Assembly (NCBI GenBank): GCA_043802485.1
Contig: JAZDKZ010000003.1
Coordinates: forward strand, 1 to 29,232
Length of the DNA: 29,232 bases
From: Candidatus Aenigmatarchaeota archaeon
GTDB taxonomy: Archaea; Aenigmatarchaeota; Aenigmatarchaeia; Aenigmatarchaeales; Aenigmatarchaeaceae
Reading direction: 5' to 3'
In this document: piece by piece, positions 8,454 to 16,888 of the stretch
How positions within the stretch are numbered: position 1 is the stretch's first letter
Layout: every line of letters begins with the position of its first letter
Program-made: the position numbers and the translations under genes
The notes under the pieces: generated by a model
What the model saw: the letters and a program-made list of their open reading frames with translations, nothing else
Database searches by the model: none
Told to the model about the DNA's origin: nothing

Positions 8454-9225
8454 CAATCTTCATCACCTTCTGTGCCTTTCCTGGAGAAATCAGTATAAGG
8501 AAGCAGGATATCGCGAATGCAGTGTCAGCGACCAGAACAAGGACAAGGTAGTTCAAGCTCAGAAGGCTGAATGTATAGGGCAGGAAGCTGAAGAATATTG
8601 AAAATATAACGAACAAGCAGGCCACCCATGCGGCAAAGTTCTTGCCAGCGACCAACGGCAGCGTATTCGCCTTTATCTTCTTGTCGCCCTTCATGTCCTC
8701 TATGGTCTTGGCAATCTCCCTGCCCAGGTTGGCAGAGAAAGACAAAAGGAAGAGTATGATTATGATAGGGGGAAACAAGTAACCTTGGAGAAAACTGCCG
8801 AAAAAGAAAGTTGATGCAACCAGCCAGCTCACAGCAATGTTGCCAATGAGCAGCCTCATCTTCAGTTTCCATGAGTAGACAAACGCCACAAAAGTGTTGA
8901 ACATCGCCAGAGCGAACATCTGCAAGTTCAAGAGCAATGCCAGAGCATTAGCAATTCCGAAAAGAACCAGCGCAAAAATCAGGGCGTTTCTCCTGGAAAC
9001 CCTGCCGGACGGTATGGGCCTTTTCGGCCTGTTCACCTTGTCTATCTCATAGTCAAAGTAATCGTTGATGACCATGCCTGCCCCGGATACAAGGAAAACC
9101 ACTAGAAACGCTGCTATCAGTTGGTATGATATCGGGAAACCCACCAATAGCGCAGCAGTGAAAACAGCAAACACTGACATTAGTCCGTTGAATGGTCTTG
9201 TCAATTCAAGACACGCGAGCATCAT
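8410..9225 (-). CDS. UbiA-family prenyltransferase, likely digeranylgeranylglyceryl phosphate synthase
   Basis: LTRPFNGLM, NDYFDYEIDKVNRPKRPIPSG, REIAKTIEDMKGD..TLP; true start probably 9225 or 9222, overlapping the L40e stop. Confidence 0.9.
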   Translation of the reverse strand: MMLACLELTRPFNGLMSVFAVFTAALLVGFPISYQLIAAFLVVFLVSGAGMVINDYFDYEIDKVNRPKRPIPSGRVSRRNALIFALVLFGIANALALLLNLQMFALAMFNTFVAFVYSWKLKMRLLIGNIAVSWLVASTFFFGSFLQGYLFPPIIIILFLLSFSANLGREIAKTIEDMKGDKKIKANTLPLVAGKNFAAWVACLFVIFSIFFSFLPYTFSLLSLNYLVLVLVADTAFAISCFLILISPGKAQKVMKIAMLVALVAFLFGVF

Positions 9226-9398
9226 ATCTTCCTTTCTTTGGACTTTGGCCTGAGATCCTTTGAATAGCACTTTCTGCACTTTACCTTTCCTGCAGACACT
9301 TTTCTCTGGTCAGTTCTTAATTTAGCGTTGCACTTCATGCAAATAAACACTCTGTTGAATATCCTGTTTGTAACAGCTTCTATTTTTGTCTTTGGCAT
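9222..9398 (-). CDS. rpl40e: 50S ribosomal protein L40e (58 aa, not in ORF track)
   Basis: Translated by hand: MPKTKIEAVTNRIFNRVFICMKCNAKLRTDQRKVSAGKVKCRKCYSKDLRPKSKERKI*; ICxxC..KCRKC..LRPK signature. Confidence 0.93.
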   Translation of the reverse strand: MPKTKIEAVTNRIFNRVFICMKCNAKLRTDQRKVSAGKVKCRKCYSKDLRPKSKERKI

Positions 9399-9526
9399 AA
9401 AACCACTTTCTTGATTACTTTATTTAAAGTAAACGTTCTTAATAACCTTTTACTTGGAGATAAAAGAATTTAAGTCTTATATCAGGATTTATTAAGTTTG
9501 TATAGGGTAATAATATTGGTGCTTTT

Positions 9527-10474
9527 ATGAGCTTCTCAATATGGACTGAAAAATACCGCCCGCAGAGGTTGGAAGAGATAGTCAACCAGAAGCATGTTGT
9601 CGAGCGGCTAAGGTCATTTGTCAAGAACAAGACCATCCCACACATGATATTCGCAGGGCCGCCAGGAACAGGCAAGACCTGCTGCGCCATAGCTATCGCA
9701 AAGGAGCTTTTCGGGGACAGCTGGAGCCACAACTTCCAAGAGACCAATGCCTCGGACATGAGGGGCATAGACGTGATAAGGACCAGGATAAAGAACTTTT
9801 CCAGAACCAAGCCTGTGGGTTCCACGTTCAAGATTATATTCCTTGACGAGGGCGATGCCCTGACATCAGACGCCCAGAGCGCCCTGAGAAGGATAATGGA
9901 AAAGTACGCTGACGTCACCAGGTTCATAATAAGCTGCAATTATTCCTCAAAACTGATAACACCCATCCAAAGCAGGGCAGCAGTTTTCAGGTTCAAATTC
10001 CTATCCAAGAAGGATGTTCTAGAATACCTGAACAGAATAGTGAAGGGAGAGGGAATAGAGATCAACGACGAGGGCCTGCAAGCTGTTTTTGATATTTCTG
10101 AGGGAGACCTGAGAAAGGCCACCAACATACTTCAATCGTCTGCGACTCTGGGAAAGAAGATAACAAAGGACATGATATACGAAGTCGCCGCACAGGCAGA
10201 GCCTGAGGAAGTGAAGAAGATGGTAAACCTTGCCATCAAGGGCAAGTTCATGGATGCTAGAGATATTCTAAAGGATATGCTGCTGAAAAGGGGCATATCA
10301 GGCAACGACATAATAAAGAGGATATCGAGCCAGATATACGACCTGGATGTTTCTGAGACAGCAAAAGCATGCCTGATAGAAAAGGTCGGGGACTTTGAGT
10401 ACAGGATGCAGACCGGCAACGAGCTGATACAGCTCGAAGCGCTGCTGGCCCAGTTCACTGTAAGCAAGCGATAA
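9527..10474 (+). CDS. rfcS: Replication factor C small subunit
   Basis: WTEKYRP, GPPGTGKT, ETNASDMRGID, FLDEGD, IQSR, GDLRKA. Confidence 0.97.
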   Translation: MSFSIWTEKYRPQRLEEIVNQKHVVERLRSFVKNKTIPHMIFAGPPGTGKTCCAIAIAKELFGDSWSHNFQETNASDMRGIDVIRTRIKNFSRTKPVGSTFKIIFLDEGDALTSDAQSALRRIMEKYADVTRFIISCNYSSKLITPIQSRAAVFRFKFLSKKDVLEYLNRIVKGEGIEINDEGLQAVFDISEGDLRKATNILQSSATLGKKITKDMIYEVAAQAEPEEVKKMVNLAIKGKFMDARDILKDMLLKRGISGNDIIKRISSQIYDLDVSETAKACLIEKVGDFEYRMQTGNELIQLEALLAQFTVSKR

Positions 10475-10475
10475 G

Positions 10476-10598
10476 ATGAAGGAATGCCCTAACTGCAAAA
10501 GCAAGGATGTCATATTTATGCCCTGGGCTGGCGGGCAGATTTGGAAATGCAAGAACTGCGGCCACAGGGGGCCGTTGATATCTGAAGGCGATGATTGA
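10476..10598 (+). CDS. 40-aa Zn-ribbon microprotein (not in ORF track)
   Basis: MKECPNCKSKDVIFMPWAGGQIWKCKNCGHRGPLISEGDD*; two CxxC; fills the rfcS-rfcL gap with 1 nt and 0 nt spacing. Confidence 0.85.
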   Translation: MKECPNCKSKDVIFMPWAGGQIWKCKNCGHRGPLISEGDD

Positions 10599-11627
10599 AT
10601 GCTGGTAGACAAGTACAAACCCCAAAGATTGGAAGATGTCATCAGCCAGAAGACTATGATCAGCAGCATAACAGCATGGCTTGACAACTGGAAGCCTGGC
10701 AAAGCCTTGATGCTATACGGACCCTCAGGTATAGGAAAGAACCTGATAGTGGAATTGATTGCCAAGGAGAAAGGGCTTCGACTGCTGGAGATAAATGCCA
10801 GCGACAAGAGGAATGCCGCTTCTGTCAAGAAACTTATACCTGCTACAAAGGAAGGTTCTTTGATGGGAGGAAGGCTCATACTCATAGACGAGGCCGAGAA
10901 CCTTTCTGTAAGCGACCGCGGCGGCTCGGCAGAAATGATAGAAATAATCAAGAAGAGCGCGCACCCCGTGATAATGATTTCTCAGAATCCCTATGACAAG
11001 AAGCTGCAAACAATAAGAAGGTACTGCGACCTGCTAAAGTTCAGGAAGATACCCAAGAACATCATGGCAAGGTTTCTCTCGACTGTTGTGGAAAAGGAGA
11101 GCCTTGGCATTGATTCACAGACCATTGCAAACATATCAGAGAACGCTGACGGGGATTTGCGCTCCGCTCTGAATGATCTAGAGATGAAGGCGTTGGGCTA
11201 CAGGGAAAGGGAGAAGAGCATCTTCGAGACTCTTCAGGCAATATTCAAGGGCGACCTGAACAAGGCATTGGAAGCGATCAGCCTTTCTGAAAAAAGTTTA
11301 GATGAGATATTCTGGTGGGTGGAGCAGAACATCACGACAGAATTCAGCAGCGCGGAGGACATTGCATCAGCCTTTGAAATACTCAGCAAGGCAAACATGT
11401 TCAGGTTCAATAAATACAAGAAAGACATGATAGCGTCCATATCAACTTTGAACAGCAAGAAAGGCTTCAGCATGTACAAGCCCCCAGACATGTTCATAAT
11501 ACTTGGAAGAACCAAGAAGAAAAGAGCGGAAGCCGAAGAGCAATATGAAATTCTGGCAAAACAACTGCACTGCTCCAAAAGAAAGGTCATAGAGCAGATG
11601 CCCTACCTGAACATGATTATGAAATAG
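10599..11627 (+). CDS. rfcL: Replication factor C large subunit (short, 342 aa)
   Basis: DKYKP, GPSGIGK, EINASDKR, LIDEAE, GDLRSALNDLE, GYRERE..IFETL..IFK, WVEQN. Confidence 0.9.
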   Translation: MLVDKYKPQRLEDVISQKTMISSITAWLDNWKPGKALMLYGPSGIGKNLIVELIAKEKGLRLLEINASDKRNAASVKKLIPATKEGSLMGGRLILIDEAENLSVSDRGGSAEMIEIIKKSAHPVIMISQNPYDKKLQTIRRYCDLLKFRKIPKNIMARFLSTVVEKESLGIDSQTIANISENADGDLRSALNDLEMKALGYREREKSIFETLQAIFKGDLNKALEAISLSEKSLDEIFWWVEQNITTEFSSAEDIASAFEILSKANMFRFNKYKKDMIASISTLNSKKGFSMYKPPDMFIILGRTKKKRAEAEEQYEILAKQLHCSKRKVIEQMPYLNMIMK

Positions 11628-11631
11628 CGTG

Positions 11632-11973
11632 TCATGCTTCTATGAAAGTCTCAGAAGTTGTTATGTTGAAAGCAAAGGAAACGGACGGGCAGCTGACCGA
11701 ATATTCTATGTCCAGGACTATGCCGCGTTCTATCATCCTGTTCTCTAAAAAAACCACTGTCTCATCAAAGTCAGTCTGAAGCTTGGCACAGTCTCCGCTG
11801 TAGGAAGCTATGACGTCGTCAAGACTCTGCTTGACGAAAGGAACATACTCCAGCTCGCTCATCTCCTTGAGCTGCGTCAGGTTTATGTCAGAAAAGCTGT
11901 AGAAATACCTGACAAGGGACATGAGGGTGATTATCATTATGACAGTAGCCACCATGAAGAATTGGCCTTTCAT
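11632..11973 (-). CDS. Pilin-like protein with class III signal peptide
   Basis: MKG|QFFMVATVIMIITLMSLV: Lys-Gly cleavage site, Gln at +1, hydrophobic helix; Cys pair in soluble part. Confidence 0.65.
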   Translation of the reverse strand: MKGQFFMVATVIMIITLMSLVRYFYSFSDINLTQLKEMSELEYVPFVKQSLDDVIASYSGDCAKLQTDFDETVVFLENRMIERGIVLDIEYSVSCPSVSFAFNITTSETFIEA

Positions 11974-11977
11974 CTTT

Positions 11978-12385
11978 TCACTTTATTGCCTTGATGGAAG
12001 CCTTTGCGCCGCAGGCCTCGCACTTTAGGAAAGCTATCCTGCTCTCCTTTATGATTTTCGTGTCAGGCTTGCCGCACTCTTTGCATATCACATAGTCCCT
12101 GACATAAGTCTTGATCTTGTTCTCCATGAGCTTCCTGTATATATTGGACTGGAAAGTCGCTCTTGCACCGTCAAAGCCGGCAGGCGTTGCAAGCTCCTTT
12201 GTGAGATATTTCAGGAGATGATTAGGATCCCTTCTCAGGGTTTCGCAAATCTGGGAAAAGTTCCTGATTATGGTCTGCCTTCCCTGTATTATTATCTCTG
12301 GCTCAGGAACCTCGAACCTGTCAGTTGTCTGCTCTACCTGCGGCAGTTTCTCGTAAGCCTTTTCCAAAAGTTTTTCATAATCCAT
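11978..12385 (-). CDS. eif2b: Translation initiation factor aIF-2 beta
   Basis: MDYEKLLEKAY, RFEVP, TIIRNF, LRRDPNHLLKYL.KELAT, CKECGKPDT, CEACGA. Confidence 0.96.
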   Translation of the reverse strand: MDYEKLLEKAYEKLPQVEQTTDRFEVPEPEIIIQGRQTIIRNFSQICETLRRDPNHLLKYLTKELATPAGFDGARATFQSNIYRKLMENKIKTYVRDYVICKECGKPDTKIIKESRIAFLKCEACGAKASIKAIK

Positions 12386-12386
12386 A

Positions 12387-13133
12387 TCATAGCTTCCTTA
12401 TCTTTCCCGGAGTCGGCTCGTAGCACATGCCGCTTTCCAATAAATCCTGGATGGCAATGTCAACCTCGCTCTCGGAGAATTTCGTCTTCTTCAGAATCTC
12501 CTGATAGTCGGCGCCTTCTCCCTTGTCCAGCTTCTCTATCAGCTTCAGCAACTGGCTCTTTATCTCGCTGGAAGTGACTGTCTTTTCCTCAACAATGCTC
12601 TCGTTCACTGCCTGAGCCTCTATTATCCCGCCAAGGTCTTCAGCGCCCATGAAATCCTTTACAAGGGCTTTCAGCTCATCAGCATCAGATGTCTGCTTTT
12701 GCAGCTCCTGAATCTTTTTTATCTTCTTCCTCTGCTCTTTCGTGATGTTCTCAAGCTCCAACATCCTCAGCGTCTCCATGTTAGGGTCGACTTTCCTTAT
12801 TACCTCGGACATTATGTAAATCTCTTCGTTGTATTCCCTAAGCTTCCCGATGACATCCACAAGGTCGCCAGGACCAAAGCCGTCGAATATCTTGGTGTTG
12901 ACAAATGCCTTGCACCTTATGGTGTCGGTAGAATCATCCAATGTTACTGTTGCAAATTTCTCATCATCGCTTACAAACCTGCCAACAATCAATGCCAGCA
13001 GCCTTACGCGGGAAAGTTTTCTTCCAAGATTAGTCAGAACGTAGCTGCTCTGAAAGCCTTCCCTTTTTACATACTTGCCTTCATGTATCTCTTTTACAGA
13101 AACTTTTTTCGCTGTCAACCTTTTGATATCCAT
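12387..13133 (-). CDS. RPA32/Rpa2-like protein (OB fold, helical linker, C-terminal winged helix)
   Basis: SRVRLLALIV, TLDDSTDTIR, GDLVDVIGKLREY, C-terminal LLESGMCYEPTPGKIR. Confidence 0.85.
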   Translation of the reverse strand: MDIKRLTAKKVSVKEIHEGKYVKREGFQSSYVLTNLGRKLSRVRLLALIVGRFVSDDEKFATVTLDDSTDTIRCKAFVNTKIFDGFGPGDLVDVIGKLREYNEEIYIMSEVIRKVDPNMETLRMLELENITKEQRKKIKKIQELQKQTSDADELKALVKDFMGAEDLGGIIEAQAVNESIVEEKTVTSSEIKSQLLKLIEKLDKGEGADYQEILKKTKFSESEVDIAIQDLLESGMCYEPTPGKIRKL

Positions 13134-13134
13134 G

Positions 13135-16100
13135 TTAACCTATCCTCTCGATATAATTTATCTTGGGTTCAAATATAGAACCTTCTGTTTTTAGTCTTCT
13201 CAATAATTCTTCTGTACTTGAAGCTTTAATACCTTGTTCCTCTGCTGCTGCCACTATTTCCTCCTTTTGGACAGGCTTGCCGAGCTTCTTCTCAAGCATG
13301 TCGATGATGTCAAGTATGGCGTGTATCTTGCTCCTCTGCGAAGCAGGAATGCCCTCTGTCTTGTCAATGTCTATCTTGCCTGTCTCGTAGTCATAGCCCA
13401 GCTCTTTTATCGAGTATCTCATGACATCAATGGCTCTCTCAGCATCAGCTATCTCTACCTTCTTCGACAGCCTAATCTTTGCAGATGCCTCGGAAATCCT
13501 TAGCAGACCCTCGTTCTGCCTCAGCGTTATCGCGATCGCTCCCTCGCCGCTGTAAAGGCTTCTCATGTCAAGATAAAAGTTCTTTAGCCTCTCAGCAGCT
13601 TCCCTTGTCATCTCTGGCTTGCAGTTCTTTCTGGCATAGGCAATGTACTTTCTTATGAAATTCGGAGATATCAGAGGCTTGACTATTTTTGGATCAAGCC
13701 TGGTCTCCATTATGTGCGAAGCCAGCCTCTCATCCTTTGCCTTGTCCGGGATGTCCTTCAAAGCGAACTTTAGGTCGAACCTTCCCAGCAGAGTGTCAGG
13801 TATATCGACCTGCTCTGCAACAGACTTGTAAGGATCAAAACGGAAATACTTGGGGTTCGCACCTGCCAAAACAGAGACCTGAGCAGGCAACGTAGCAACG
13901 ATGGACGCCTTTGCAATTGATACTGTTTGCTGTTCCAGAGCCTCGTGCATTGCAATCTGATCCTCCTTTGTCATCTTGTCAAACTCGTCTATTGCTATGA
14001 TTCCCTTGTTCGCAAGCACCATTGCACCAGCTTCCAGAACCCAGCCGCCAAGGAACTCCTCGTCCTTGACAACAGTAGCTGTCAAACCGGCCGCGGTCGC
14101 GCCTCTGCCTGCAACATACTTTCCTCTTGGTATGATTGACGATATCAGCTTCAGCAACTGGCTTTTTCCAGTATTATGTACGACTATCCCATTAGCCACA
14201 AATCTATGATAACCAGGAACTTCAACATCAAACACATTGTTGGGTTTGAACTTGTTTATCTTTACAATTCTTTCGCTGCGTTCTTTATGAACTCTACGAA
14301 CATGAGACTTGGCATAACCTACTGCTTTCTCCATTTTAGAGATTTTCTTTTTACTCGCAAAACCTATATGTTTTGAGAATTCCAATATTGATTTTGAACG
14401 CCTTATTACTAGCGAACCGCTTGGCTTGCTCTTTATCAAGCGACCCTTTATCCTTGCAGTTCTTTTTTTATCGTCCCAAAGGATTCTAGAATGTATGCCG
14501 AATCTTAGGAGTAGTATTTGGACGTCCCTTAAAAGTTCGATATTGTTAGACTTTAAGCTGACAGAAGTACGCCCCCGACCTTTGGAAAAGACGCACCCAT
14601 CACCCTCGTAAAGCCATCTCAGGAATGAAGCAACCACGGAATTTCCCGACTTGAAAATAAGGTTTGGAACCCTTTTTTCCTTAAGGAATGAAAGTAACTT
14701 TGCCAGATGAGTGCGATCAATTTCGTAATAGACAACTCTTTCTTTGCCCTCTTTTTGCTTGCACGAAACAACCGGCGCGTCAAAGCATTTTTCAAAGTAC
14801 TTGACTATGTTCGGAGTTATATCACACTCGTCTTTGTTTACTATAAAACCTATGGACCTTCCTCTCACCCAACCATCTGCAATCAAGTAACCAAATAGAG
14901 CGGCCAAGTCCTTATCGACAAACTTGGGGATCTTTATATGCCAGCTCTTGTGATGATATTTATAATCTTTCCATTCTGTCTCGACTAGGCTTTTCTTTCT
15001 ACACTCTATTTTTGTCAGAGTACATACCCTATCCCCCGCTTTAACCTCATCAAGTCTTCTCCAGGCTCTTTTCCTGTTTTTCAGGACAAATACTGGTTGA
15101 TTCGGCGTCCCTTTTATGCTTTTACCAGTCTCGGTTACGATTTCTATTATTGGCTGGCTTTTGAAGCAGTGAAACTTTGTAGCTTTACCATATTTCCTGC
15201 CCATCCCCATGTGGAGATTGTAATTTATGTCTTCTAGGTGTCTGGAGCCCATATCACCGATTTTCATTATAGTCCCGTCTGCCATAATCACTCTCTCGTC
15301 AGCGACCAAACAACTTGGGTCGCCGATAAGCAGAACATGGATGTCGCCTCTTATCTTTGTTTTGTCAGGATACTTGTGCGGAACTCCGCCAAACAATTGG
15401 AACATGATGGCTTTCTTGACCTCATCCAAACCGAAAATGGACGGAGCTATTGAATCAACTATTTTCTTGTAGATTTCGGGGTCCCTAGCAAACTCCTTTA
15501 TCTTCTCCTCATCCTCCTCGGATATCAGGACCTCCTCCCACTCTATTTCAGAAGGTTCGACAAAATTGGCTTCAACGTAGGTGTCCATCTGGGTCTTGAC
15601 CTTGCCCCTGACAGTTCTCTGTATCTCTTTCAAAATGCCGGTAACCTTGATTCTGTTGCCGGGATCAGTCTTTCTTTGCATCAAGGGTGTTGTAAGATCA
15701 TACTTGAGGTAAACAGAAGTCCCGCCCGGTCTGTCGCCTTCAGCCATCTCGAAAGGCTCCTCAATGAAAATCCATCGTGCATCGAAAAGCTTCCTGTCAA
15801 CCTGCGTGAAGCCTGTCCTAACCCTGCACTCTGGATTAGAGCATATTGACGGAGGCTTTATGTTTCTCTCGGTTTGGAGAACCTCAATCCTCTCCTGACA
15901 CAAAGGACATTCGTAGATAGCGCAGGCAACCTCTGGCTTTACCTCGGAGGCTCTTTTGACAATTCCGTCAAGAGAGACGAACTTGCCGATGTGCTCTGAA
16001 CGCAGGTTCCTTATCCTCAGAACGAACTGCTCGGGAAGGTTCTTGAACCTGGGCTCTATTTTCAGGTTCCCCTCGGGAAGGTCTATATTGGAAAGCGCTT

Positions 16101-16278
16101 CCCTTGCGAATTCCAGGTTCTCCTCAGGATTGTTCAGCAGTTGATCAGCTAACTCCGGGTCGAACTTGTCAAGAAGCGAGAAATCAACTACTAGGGACCT
16201 TTCCCCTTTAGCAGCAGCTGTCAGCAAATCTTTCTCATAGTATTGACTAAAAAATTCTTCAAACTTTTCAACTTCCAT
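13135..16278 (-). CDS. mcm: MCM replicative helicase, intein-containing (667 aa after splicing)
   Basis: IRNLRSEHIGK, CPLC..CSNPEC Zn motif, IAPSIFG, GDPS[intein]TGKSQ, AAGLTA, IDEFDKM, HEALEQQ, RFDL, C-terminal wH. Confidence 0.98.
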   Translation of the reverse strand: MEVEKFEEFFSQYYEKDLLTAAAKGERSLVVDFSLLDKFDPELADQLLNNPEENLEFAREALSNIDLPEGNLKIEPRFKNLPEQFVLRIRNLRSEHIGKFVSLDGIVKRASEVKPEVACAIYECPLCQERIEVLQTERNIKPPSICSNPECRVRTGFTQVDRKLFDARWIFIEEPFEMAEGDRPGGTSVYLKYDLTTPLMQRKTDPGNRIKVTGILKEIQRTVRGKVKTQMDTYVEANFVEPSEIEWEEVLISEEDEEKIKEFARDPEIYKKIVDSIAPSIFGLDEVKKAIMFQLFGGVPHKYPDKTKIRGDIHVLLIGDPSCLVADERVIMADGTIMKIGDMGSRHLEDINYNLHMGMGRKYGKATKFHCFKSQPIIEIVTETGKSIKGTPNQPVFVLKNRKRAWRRLDEVKAGDRVCTLTKIECRKKSLVETEWKDYKYHHKSWHIKIPKFVDKDLAALFGYLIADGWVRGRSIGFIVNKDECDITPNIVKYFEKCFDAPVVSCKQKEGKERVVYYEIDRTHLAKLLSFLKEKRVPNLIFKSGNSVVASFLRWLYEGDGCVFSKGRGRTSVSLKSNNIELLRDVQILLLRFGIHSRILWDDKKRTARIKGRLIKSKPSGSLVIRRSKSILEFSKHIGFASKKKISKMEKAVGYAKSHVRRVHKERSERIVKINKFKPNNVFDVEVPGYHRFVANGIVVHNTGKSQLLKLISSIIPRGKYVAGRGATAAGLTATVVKDEEFLGGWVLEAGAMVLANKGIIAIDEFDKMTKEDQIAMHEALEQQTVSIAKASIVATLPAQVSVLAGANPKYFRFDPYKSVAEQVDIPDTLLGRFDLKFALKDIPDKAKDERLASHIMETRLDPKIVKPLISPNFIRKYIAYARKNCKPEMTREAAERLKNFYLDMRSLYSGEGAIAITLRQNEGLLRISEASAKIRLSKKVEIADAERAIDVMRYSIKELGYDYETGKIDIDKTEGIPASQRSKIHAILDIIDMLEKKLGKPVQKEEIVAAAEEQGIKASSTEELLRRLKTEGSIFEPKINYIERIG
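14173..15312 (-). mobile_element. Intein (380 aa) with LAGLIDADG homing endonuclease in MCM Walker A
   Basis: N-terminus CLVADE, block B GTPNQP, LAGLIDADG motifs FGYLIADG and LRWLYEGDG, C-terminus VFDVEV..FVANGIVVHN followed by Thr. Confidence 0.96.
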
Positions 16279-16285
16279 AAAAACA

Positions 16286-16825
16286 CTACTTGATTAACTT
16301 TCTTAACACTTTGTCTAGCTTCACTATTGCTCTCTTCACATCTGCTATACTTCTTCCGCCAGTACAAATAATTTTACCACTACCGAAAAGAAGGAACGTT
16401 ACCTTCGGAACATCCATCCTGAAGACCAGACCAGGAAACTGCTCTGGCTCGTATTCTGTGTTTTCTAGAGTAAAAGCAATATTATTCAAGTTCAGCTCTC
16501 TATCCAACTTTGCCGAAGCTACTATGTTCTCAAGCCTGACTTTGTAGGTCTTTGGTATCTTTAGTCCAAGCTTGTTCATTCTCGCAACAATCTTAGAAAC
16601 AACAATTTTAGCGTCTTTAGGTGATTTGGCACCTGTGCAAACTATCTTTCCTGAAGAGAAAATCAAAGCAGCTGCCTTTGGCTCCTTCAAACGCATCACC
16701 AAACCTGGGAACTGCTCTGGTTCGTACTCGATTCCGCTAAGGTTCGCGACCAGCTTCTCAAGCTTGATTGGCACGTTCAAGGAAGACGAAGCAACAACAT
16801 TTTCTATCTTTATATGGAACGCCAT
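16286..16825 (-). CDS. tbp: TATA-box binding protein (179 aa)
   Basis: Two repeats ENVVAS/ENIVAS..EYEPEQFPGLV..LIFSSGKIVCTG/LLFGSGKIICTG; start moved to ATG 16825. Confidence 0.97.
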   Translation of the reverse strand: MAFHIKIENVVASSSLNVPIKLEKLVANLSGIEYEPEQFPGLVMRLKEPKAAALIFSSGKIVCTGAKSPKDAKIVVSKIVARMNKLGLKIPKTYKVRLENIVASAKLDRELNLNNIAFTLENTEYEPEQFPGLVFRMDVPKVTFLLFGSGKIICTGGRSIADVKRAIVKLDKVLRKLIK

Positions 16826-16888
16826 AGAATCACTCGTTGAATATAAATAATAATATATAAAGTATTTATAAGTTATTTTGTGATTGAA
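16826..16888. promoter_or_regulatory. Bidirectional AT-rich promoter between tbp and dph6
   Basis: 63 bp with several TATA-like boxes (TATAAATA, TATATAAA, TTTATAAG) readable on both strands. Confidence 0.55.

Noticed and set aside
9226..9279. N-terminal extension of the UbiA ORF
   Set aside because: Region is the L40e coding sequence in another frame
9399..9526. Replication origin near the RFC/MCM genes
   Set aside because: No ORB-like repeats (TCCAxTGGAA with G-string) and no orc1/cdc6 in the window
16286..16825. Direct repeats (GGAAACTGCTCTGG-like) in tbp
   Set aside because: Normal internal two-fold repeat of TBP, not a CRISPR or mobile repeat
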